Source: Spirochaetota bacterium
GTDB taxonomy: Bacteria; Spirochaetota; UBA4802; UBA5550
NCBI GenBank assembly: GCA_050298055.1
Contig: JBNKTL010000047.1
Coordinates: 1 to 41,207, forward strand
Direction of reading: 5' to 3'
DNA length: 41,207 nucleotides
Part shown: positions 27,568 to 34,577 of the stretch, piece by piece
Layout: every line of letters starts with the position of its first letter
Position numbering within the stretch: position 1 is the first letter of the stretch
Made by a program: the position numbers and the translations under genes
Notes under the pieces: generated by a model
Told to the model about the DNA's origin: nothing
The model's input: only the letters and a program-made list of their open reading frames with translations
Database searches by the model: none

Positions 27568-29070
27568 ATGCTAAAAATAATCTTAACAGCTCTAATACTG
27601 CTAACAACAGTAAATCTCCATGCGGGCAAACCGCTTCTGGGAGTGGGCAGTATAAGCAGCAACAGTCCCCGGACCACCGTGCTTTCCGGGATGCTTGAAG
27701 GTCACCTGCTGAATATTTTCAATACATCGGGAGTTTTTGATATTGTCAATTCATCGCTCTTAAAGTCCGAGCTCCGGAAGTTTAATTGTATTGAGGAAAA
27801 ATGTATATTGAGGTTTGCCGGTCATTCCCGGATCAGCGTCATCATTAATGGCGATTTCCGCGACAGCGGCGACAGTCTCAGGCTGACACTCAGGTCTTAC
27901 GGTACGGATGTCCCCTATGAGAAAAGAATGATAAGCAGGTATACGGTAGAGATCCCCATGTACCGGAGCATATCTTCCCGGGAATACAGCTATATCTGCG
28001 AAGAGCACGCGGGCAGATTTATTTCACGGTTTCTTTCCGTATTCAAACACCCGGTCTCTTTAAAAAGAAAGGGAAATGAACTGAGGCCCGATTCAAAAGA
28101 AGATATTAATGGCAGCTTTGATGTTTACCGGTTTACTGATAAGGAGAGCGCGGAATTCAGGGAGTACGGGAAAATCGGTGACGTAAAGATCAGCAGCGGC
28201 AGGATCGTCTCCGGGAGAGAAACCGGGAAATTGAAAGAGAATGATTTTCTCTTTTATGTAAACCATGAAAAAGCGGAATTCTATGACAGCTTTTACCGGG
28301 GGAGAAAAAAGGAACTGGTTTTCAGTGAAACCGGGATAAGCGATACCCTGTATAAGGTACTTCTTACAGTTCCCGCCAGCGCATCCATGCCCTTTGCGGC
28401 CCCTGTATTTGGCTACTATTCCAACAGCGACTGGGCCGGGCTGGGACTCTGGGCGGTAAACGCGGCACCCTATCTCTACCTGGAGTACAGGGGACTCACC
28501 GATGATCCTGGCGATTCCCGCGCGGGGAGAGAAAATATCGGAAGGGAGAAGATTACCCGGAACCGCTTCGCATGGTATATGCTCCTTGCAGGGGGGACAT
28601 CACTCTTCGTGGACGCGTTCTCCAGCCAGTATCTTGAGGAAGCATCCGGTTACCAGGGGATGGTCCCTCTTATGGGCAGCAGCCTCTCTGCGGGATATCT
28701 CGCCCTTATCTCCGGAGGAGGGGGGCATTTCTACAGGGGGTACCGGGGCTGGGGATATCTCTATTTCCATATGAACAACATTCTTCTCTATTATACTATC
28801 AGGGCATTCACCCCTGCCGAAAGATACAATTCCGTCACGGGGAACTATGAGAAGGATGATATTGACAGGAACCGGGCATATCTCATGGCGGGGGCATACG
28901 GCCTTCTGAAGACCATTGAGATCATACACGCGGTTCTTCTCCCTGACAGGATAGGTAACGGGCGGATTATCGAAGAGACAGGCTGGCCCGAACCGGTTTT
29001 CTCTTTTGATGAAAAGATAAACCCGGTATTCGGGCTGAAATATACATACCGCTTCCAGGGTACGTTTTAA
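27568..29070 (+). CDS. Exported hypothetical protein, putative outer-membrane protein (copy 1)
   Basis: Signal peptide (NLHA); CsgG/TolB-N-like start (CIEEKC); hydrophobic C-half with LALISGGGGHFYRG; C-terminal FGLKYTYRF..F. Confidence 0.8.
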   Translation: MLKIILTALILLTTVNLHAGKPLLGVGSISSNSPRTTVLSGMLEGHLLNIFNTSGVFDIVNSSLLKSELRKFNCIEEKCILRFAGHSRISVIINGDFRDSGDSLRLTLRSYGTDVPYEKRMISRYTVEIPMYRSISSREYSYICEEHAGRFISRFLSVFKHPVSLKRKGNELRPDSKEDINGSFDVYRFTDKESAEFREYGKIGDVKISSGRIVSGRETGKLKENDFLFYVNHEKAEFYDSFYRGRKKELVFSETGISDTLYKVLLTVPASASMPFAAPVFGYYSNSDWAGLGLWAVNAAPYLYLEYRGLTDDPGDSRAGRENIGREKITRNRFAWYMLLAGGTSLFVDAFSSQYLEEASGYQGMVPLMGSSLSAGYLALISGGGGHFYRGYRGWGYLYFHMNNILLYYTIRAFTPAERYNSVTGNYEKDDIDRNRAYLMAGAYGLLKTIEIIHAVLLPDRIGNGRIIEETGWPEPVFSFDEKINPVFGLKYTYRFQGTF

Positions 29071-29108
29071 ATTTCGGGTGAATGGCAAATTGGGTATACA
29101 ATGATGTA

Positions 29109-29208
29109 GCTTTTATGGGGTCTAAGGGGTGAAACCCCTTAAAAGCCCCGCAGGGTCCCCTGCTGCAGGCGGTTGCGAATTATTTTGTCCGAAAAATAAT
29201 TCGCAACC
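29109..29208. other. Cluster of stem-loops (structured RNA or REP-like DNA)
   Basis: taaggggt-gaa-acccctta (29123-29141), alternative pairing gcttttatgggg/ccccttaaaagc, and a perfect 16-bp stem ggttgcgaattatttt-gtccga-aaaataattcgcaacc (29171-29208). Confidence 0.6.
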
Positions 29209-29252
29209 CGCTTCTGATGTTTTTTTGTTGACATTGTCACGGGAAGTTTTAA

Positions 29253-29280
29253 TTGTATTATTGTAGATACAAATAGACAA
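29253..29280 (+). promoter_or_regulatory. Putative GntR operator, copy 2 (upstream of prpE)
   Basis: TTGTATTATTGTAGATACAAATAGACAA, 27/28 identical to the reverse complement of 5850-5877; TTGACA at 29228-29233. Confidence 0.75.
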
Positions 29281-29380
29281 TTTGTCTCACAATTCCCATA
29301 TCTTAAAAACTTATTACCCGGCTGAATGAAAAAAATATCCATAAGCCGGGCAACTACACAAAAACAATTTGGAGGAAAAA

Positions 29381-31282
29381 ATGGCTGGTGAATATCAAAA
29401 AGCTTTTGATGAGTCGCTCAACAGTCCGGATACCTACTGGGACAGGGCGGCCCAAAACATTAAGTGGTATAAAAAGTATGACAGGGTGCTGGATGACTCG
29501 AACAAGCCCTTCTACAGGTGGTTTACCGGTGGGGAACTGAATACCTGTTATAATGCCCTTGACTACCATGTGGAAAACGGCAGGGCCGACCAGGACGCTC
29601 TTATCTATGACAGCCCGGTAACCGGTACAAAGAAAAAATACAGCTATAAAGAACTCACCGATTATGCGGCAAAGTTCGCGGGAGTTCTCCGGTCCCGGGG
29701 GCTCTCAAAGGGCGATACGGTGATCATCTACATGCCCATGATACCCGAAGCGGTGGTATCAATGCTTTCCTGCGCGAGAATCGGAGTTGTCCATTCGGTG
29801 GTATTCGGAGGTTTTGCTCCCAACGAACTGGCCATAAGAATTAATGACGCGAAGCCAAAACTGATCATATCCGCGTCATGCGGAATTGAGGGCAAAAAGG
29901 TCCTGGCATATAAACCTCTCCTTGACGAGGCCATAAAACTTGCGGAACACAAAGTTGAACAGTGCATCATCTACCAGAGGAAAGAGGAAAAGGCCGACAT
30001 GATTGACGGCCGTGACTTTGACTGGGAAGGGCTTATGGGGGACGCGCAGCCGGTTGATCCCGTTCCGGTAAAAGCCACGGACCCGCTCTACATTCTCTAC
30101 ACATCGGGTACCACGGGCATTCCAAAGGGTGTGGTCCGGGACAACGGTGGACACGCGGTTGCTCTCAAACACAGCATGAAGATGGTCTACAATATCGATC
30201 CCGGCGAAGTCTACTGGGCGGCATCGGATGTCGGCTGGGTTGTGGGTCATTCGTATATCGTCTATGGCCCCCTTCTTAACGGTAACACAACGATCCTGTA
30301 TGAAGGGAAACCCGTGGGTACACCGGACCCCGGGGCCTTCTGGAGGGTCATCAGTGAATATAATGTGAAGGTCCTCTTCACCGCGCCGACCGCCTTCAGG
30401 GCAATCAAGAAGGAAGACCCCGGCGGAGAGTACATGAAAAAATACGATCTCTCCGGTTTCAGGGCGCTCTTCCTTGCGGGCGAACGAACTGACCCGGACA
30501 CCTATCACTGGGCATGCGACCTCCTGGGAGTTCCGGTCATCGACCACTGGTGGCAGACAGAGACCGCGTGGGCCATTGCGGGTAACTTTATGGGACTGGA
30601 GGAGTTTCCGGTTAAGCCGGGTTCGCCCACAAAAAGGGCCCCCGGTTTTAACGTTCAGATCCTTGACTCCGACGGGAAAGAACTCGGTCCGAACCAGGAG
30701 GGGATTGTCACGGTAAAGCTTCCTCTTCCACCCGCCACTCTCCCCACCCTGTGGCAGAATGACCAGAAATACAAAGAGTCGTATCTGGATCCCTACCCCG
30801 GTTACTACTTTACCGGTGACGGCGGATATATCGATGAAGACGGATATATCTATATCATGGGAAGGGTTGATGATGTGATCAACGTTGCCGGTCACAGGCT
30901 CTCCACAGGAGGCATGGAAGAAGTTGTGGCCAGGCATCCTGATGTTGCCGAGTGCGCGGTTGTGGGCGCCTATGATGAACTCAAAGGGCAGCTTCCCGTG
31001 GGATTTATCGTACTCAAACAGGGTGTGACCAAAGAGGGGACCGAAATAGTCAGTGAGGTCATCCAGATGGTGAGAGAGCAGATAGGAGCCGTTGCGGCAT
31101 TTAAAAACGCGACCATCGTGAAGAGGCTTCCCAAAACAAGGTCGGGTAAAATTCTGAGAGGGACCATGAGAAAGATCGCCGACGGTGAAGACTTCAAAAT
31201 GCCTTCAACCATTGATGATCCGTCGATTCTCGATGAAATAGCCGATGATCTTAAGTCCATCGGATATGGAAAGAAAAATTAG
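29381..31282 (+). CDS. prpE: Propionate/acetate--CoA ligase (PrpE/ACSS3-like)
   Basis: YTSGTTGIPKG, SDVGWVVGHSY, FLAGER (Ala where acetate-specific Acs has Val), IDHWWQTET, LPKTRSGKILR; GGAGG SD before ATG 29381. Confidence 0.85.
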   Translation: MAGEYQKAFDESLNSPDTYWDRAAQNIKWYKKYDRVLDDSNKPFYRWFTGGELNTCYNALDYHVENGRADQDALIYDSPVTGTKKKYSYKELTDYAAKFAGVLRSRGLSKGDTVIIYMPMIPEAVVSMLSCARIGVVHSVVFGGFAPNELAIRINDAKPKLIISASCGIEGKKVLAYKPLLDEAIKLAEHKVEQCIIYQRKEEKADMIDGRDFDWEGLMGDAQPVDPVPVKATDPLYILYTSGTTGIPKGVVRDNGGHAVALKHSMKMVYNIDPGEVYWAASDVGWVVGHSYIVYGPLLNGNTTILYEGKPVGTPDPGAFWRVISEYNVKVLFTAPTAFRAIKKEDPGGEYMKKYDLSGFRALFLAGERTDPDTYHWACDLLGVPVIDHWWQTETAWAIAGNFMGLEEFPVKPGSPTKRAPGFNVQILDSDGKELGPNQEGIVTVKLPLPPATLPTLWQNDQKYKESYLDPYPGYYFTGDGGYIDEDGYIYIMGRVDDVINVAGHRLSTGGMEEVVARHPDVAECAVVGAYDELKGQLPVGFIVLKQGVTKEGTEIVSEVIQMVREQIGAVAAFKNATIVKRLPKTRSGKILRGTMRKIADGEDFKMPSTIDDPSILDEIADDLKSIGYGKKN

Positions 31283-31295
31283 TCTGAATACGGAA

Positions 31296-31318
31296 GAGGC
31301 GCGGCGGCGCCGCGCCTC
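31296..31318. terminator. GC-rich hairpin between convergent prpE and GGDEF genes
   Basis: gaggcgcggcg-g-cgccgcgcctc; no U-tract on either side. Confidence 0.5.
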
Positions 31319-32561
31319 AGTCCATAACGATCCTGTTGCGGCCCCCTCTTTTCGCGTCATAGAGCATATTATCGGCTTTTTTGATCATGGATTCAAGACT
31401 GTCAGTCCCGGTAGATGCGCCTATGCTCACGGTAATATTCACTGTTTCCGTTCCCACGGAAATGTGCTGTTTCTCAATACTTGATCTGAATTCTTCCAGG
31501 TACCGGTAAATTGCGGTTCGATCGGAATTGAGCACCAGGATACAGAACTCCTCTCCTCCAAAACGTGAGATGAGAGCTATCTCCTCAAAGGACTCTTTTA
31601 AGATTCCAGCAATTTTTATTAATACTTCATCGCCGGCTTCATGACCAAAGCTGTCGTTTACCTGTTTGAAATGGTCGATATCGATCATGACAACGGCAGT
31701 GTCCCTCTTGTTGTCCGCTGCATTCCGGTGGAGCGTTTTCCCCTTATTAAAAAAGAACCTCCTGTTATAGAGCCCGGTGAGGAAATCCCTGTTTGCACTC
31801 TCCCGTCTCTTTTTGACCCTCTCAAGCATGTCTATGTTATGGGTTATTCTGCAGTAGAACTCCTCGTTGCTGAAAGGTTTTTTGATGAAGTCATTGGCGC
31901 CCCTTTTTATAAACCGGGCGGAAAGATGTTTGTCCCTGTCCGATGAAATGCCGATTATTGAGAGTTCATCGGGAAGATATTTTTTTCGGACCTCCTTGAC
32001 CAGGTCAAGTCCGTTCATCTCCGGCATAATGTAATCGGTTATGAGCATTTTCACAGAGGGATGCTCTTTGAGATTTTCCAGTGCCTCCCGCCCTGAACCG
32101 GATTCGATGACATTATACTGGTGGACCATCAAAAGTTGAGTGATATACTGTCTTATGCTTGTTGAGTCATCGGCAACCAGTATACTTATTGACCTGTTTT
32201 TGTATATCCTCTTTATAAGTGATGCCAGGTAATCGATGTTATGGATGCCTTCCTTGATAACATAGTCAACAACCAGCCTGTCCCAGCACATCCTGCTCAG
32301 TCTTTCGCTGTAGTCCGATGTCATAACAACAACCGGAATATTTTTTGACTGGACGAGATCTATGGCTTTCCCTTCCTCAGCATCGGGAAGGTGAAGGTCA
32401 ACAATTCCCAGAAAGAAGTCACCGCTTCCCTCTTCCAGTCTTTTTTCCGCGGACCTGTATGAATCGGCCCATTCAATATCAAATTTAACCAGGTCCCCGA
32501 TGTTTTCAATAAGAAGTTCCGCGAAGGATCTGCTGTCTTCAATGAGAATAACTTTCTTCAT
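31317..32561 (-). CDS. REC-REC-GGDEF diguanylate cyclase
   Basis: Two receiver domains (GIVDLHLP; LITDYIMP), DFLTGLYNRR, DIDHFKQVND, RFGGEEF. Confidence 0.95.
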   Translation of the reverse strand: MKKVILIEDSRSFAELLIENIGDLVKFDIEWADSYRSAEKRLEEGSGDFFLGIVDLHLPDAEEGKAIDLVQSKNIPVVVMTSDYSERLSRMCWDRLVVDYVIKEGIHNIDYLASLIKRIYKNRSISILVADDSTSIRQYITQLLMVHQYNVIESGSGREALENLKEHPSVKMLITDYIMPEMNGLDLVKEVRKKYLPDELSIIGISSDRDKHLSARFIKRGANDFIKKPFSNEEFYCRITHNIDMLERVKKRRESANRDFLTGLYNRRFFFNKGKTLHRNAADNKRDTAVVMIDIDHFKQVNDSFGHEAGDEVLIKIAGILKESFEEIALISRFGGEEFCILVLNSDRTAIYRYLEEFRSSIEKQHISVGTETVNITVSIGASTGTDSLESMIKKADNMLYDAKRGGRNRIVMD

Positions 32562-32753
32562 ATTGTTGATATTTTCGTAAATATATTTTTTTTGGCCATA
32601 GTGCTGAGTAGTTACGAACTTGTCTTATTATATATGAAAAAAATATTAATGTCAAGATAGTCTGTTTTTACCCCGTTTAATTCTTGCATTTTAAGGGGTG
32701 GGGATTCAATTGTTATATGCTGCCATTCAATGAGATTAAGCGGGGAGTCGTTT

Positions 32754-34226
32754 GTGAGACAGGGTATTATTATATTTCTGATAATTTTCACCGGCATTTC
32801 AGTTCCGGTTTTTTCTGCAACGGAGCTTCCGCCGGTGAGGGGAAACATGGTCATATTTACTGTTCCCGGCCGGAGCCTTGAACTCAATGCCGTACTGAAT
32901 GAGAGTGCCGGGACAATAATCGAATCGTGCAACAGGCTTGGCCGGTTTATGCCTGTTGAAGAAAACAGGAAAAACCGGGCGGCAGGAGAAGTTTCCGGTA
33001 AATCAGGGGAAGAGATTTTCCGGAAGACCGCCGATCTTCTCCATGCGGAGATCTACATGGTTATAAGCGCTTACCGTCTGGGAAAGAGGATCATCTCAGA
33101 GATGCGGGTCGTTTCACTTTCCGGGGAGTTCAGGGATATCCAGGGAGTCTACGTGGTAAAGAGCAGGATAGGCCTGAATATCCCCCTGAAACTTGCCCGG
33201 GAAGTAGCCGGGCTCCACCGGAAGATACGGCTCCGTGCAGGCATAGCGGGCAGGAGGGATGACGGGAGCCTTGTCATAGACGCCGGCCAGTGGCACGGTC
33301 TTTCCGCCGGAAAATACAGGACCGGTGAGGGTAAAGTGATAGAGATCATTCAAACCGGGAGGTACAGGTCAGTCATCAGAACAGAATCCGGGGTAAAGGG
33401 CGATTCACTTCTTATTAATGTTTTTCCTGATCCGGGAAAGCTTATTGATGAACTGGAAGACAGGATAAAGAGAAACACTCTTTTTACATATGGACTCAAG
33501 AATACGCTCCTGAAAGGGGTTGATGACGAGAAGAGGCTTGTAAACGGGACCTGTGTTATTAATACCGGCGCCAACGCGTGTATGCCCGGATACGGATCAT
33601 TTCTCTCTGTGAAATATATGGGGTTTGAGACCGATGAACCGGCGGCTTATGGAATCGCTCTTTCCACCGGTTTAATAGCCACACACCTTCTCCTCCCGGT
33701 TTCCCTCGAAAAATTCAGAATAAATTTCTTTCCGGGAATTAACGATGACGAAAAAAATGAAAATGTAAAACACCTCCAGTACTTTCTCTGGTTATCGCTT
33801 CCGTTGACCTTTTCCGCGTCATATTTTGACCAGCTCGCGTACCAGTACCGGAAGAAAGAGCACCTGCCTCCCTTTTTCCATGATCCCGATATTGCCGCCG
33901 CGACCTTTTCCCTCTTCATTCCCGGCGGAGGGCTCTTCTTTAAAGGCTACAGGCTGACCGGCTGGGGATTTTATCTTTCCGAAATGTTTCTGGCCGGGTA
34001 CGGTATCTATCATCTTGATAATGAGAAAAAAAGCCTCTATGCGTTCTCAATACTGGGGGCCATTAAAGGTCTGGAGATAATCACTGCCTTCCTGGTAAAG
34101 CCCTCCTACGGCTTTTACAACATGGAGATGGATAAAGGAACAAAAAGAGTCGGTATCTCCATTAATATGAAGCGTGTGAATGACACCGAGAATATTTACA
34201 GTTTGGGGCTTAACTTCAGGTTTTAG
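32754..34226 (+). CDS. Exported hypothetical protein, putative outer-membrane protein (copy 2)
   Basis: GGGGAG before GTG 32754 (ORF track start 32730); signal peptide; IDAGQWHGL; ACMPGYGSF and SLFIPGGGLFFKG motifs; C-terminal YSLGLNFRF. Confidence 0.8.
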   Translation: MRQGIIIFLIIFTGISVPVFSATELPPVRGNMVIFTVPGRSLELNAVLNESAGTIIESCNRLGRFMPVEENRKNRAAGEVSGKSGEEIFRKTADLLHAEIYMVISAYRLGKRIISEMRVVSLSGEFRDIQGVYVVKSRIGLNIPLKLAREVAGLHRKIRLRAGIAGRRDDGSLVIDAGQWHGLSAGKYRTGEGKVIEIIQTGRYRSVIRTESGVKGDSLLINVFPDPGKLIDELEDRIKRNTLFTYGLKNTLLKGVDDEKRLVNGTCVINTGANACMPGYGSFLSVKYMGFETDEPAAYGIALSTGLIATHLLLPVSLEKFRINFFPGINDDEKNENVKHLQYFLWLSLPLTFSASYFDQLAYQYRKKEHLPPFFHDPDIAAATFSLFIPGGGLFFKGYRLTGWGFYLSEMFLAGYGIYHLDNEKKSLYAFSILGAIKGLEIITAFLVKPSYGFYNMEMDKGTKRVGISINMKRVNDTENIYSLGLNFRF

Positions 34227-34240
34227 GGATAATAGTGCCC

Positions 34241-34291
34241 TCTGAAGGCCGGGTGACGTCTGAAGGCCGGGTGACGTCACCCGGCCTTCAG
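34241..34291. repeat. Perfect 32-bp palindrome with tandem duplication of its left arm
   Basis: tctgaaggccgggtgacg x2 (34241-34276); ctgaaggccgggtgac|gtcacccggccttcag (34260-34291). Confidence 0.85.
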
Positions 34292-34353
34292 GGGTTCCGG
34301 GTTCAGTAAAGAAATATTTGCCTCTGTGGCCCTTCACCCGGAACTATCAGTAT

Positions 34354-34572
34354 TTACGGACAGCAGGAATCGGAATCATTTCCGTTATCCATCTCCGGAC
34401 AGTTACTCCTGCTTGGATCGGAACAGCTCACCCTGAACTCGGGACAGGACTTGCATTTTTCCGGGATTGAACGTGCTTTCCTCCCGGCAGATCTATAGAA
34501 CCTGTATATCCACCGCAACAGGTAGATGACTGAAACTGCGATGATAATATAGACAATGATTTTCTGTGTCAT
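34354..34572 (-). CDS. FeoB-associated Cys-rich membrane protein
   Basis: ATG 5 bp after feoB stop; MTQKIIVYIIIAVSVIYLL TM segment, then CKSC..C..C..CCP. Confidence 0.8.
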   Translation of the reverse strand: MTQKIIVYIIIAVSVIYLLRWIYRFYRSAGRKARSIPEKCKSCPEFRVSCSDPSRSNCPEMDNGNDSDSCCP

Positions 34573-34577
34573 TTCAT

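Noticed and set aside
29876..30937. 353-aa minus-strand ORF (and the many short ORFs overlapping called genes)
   Set aside because: Antisense or alternate-frame shadows of well-supported genes, with no recognisable motifs.
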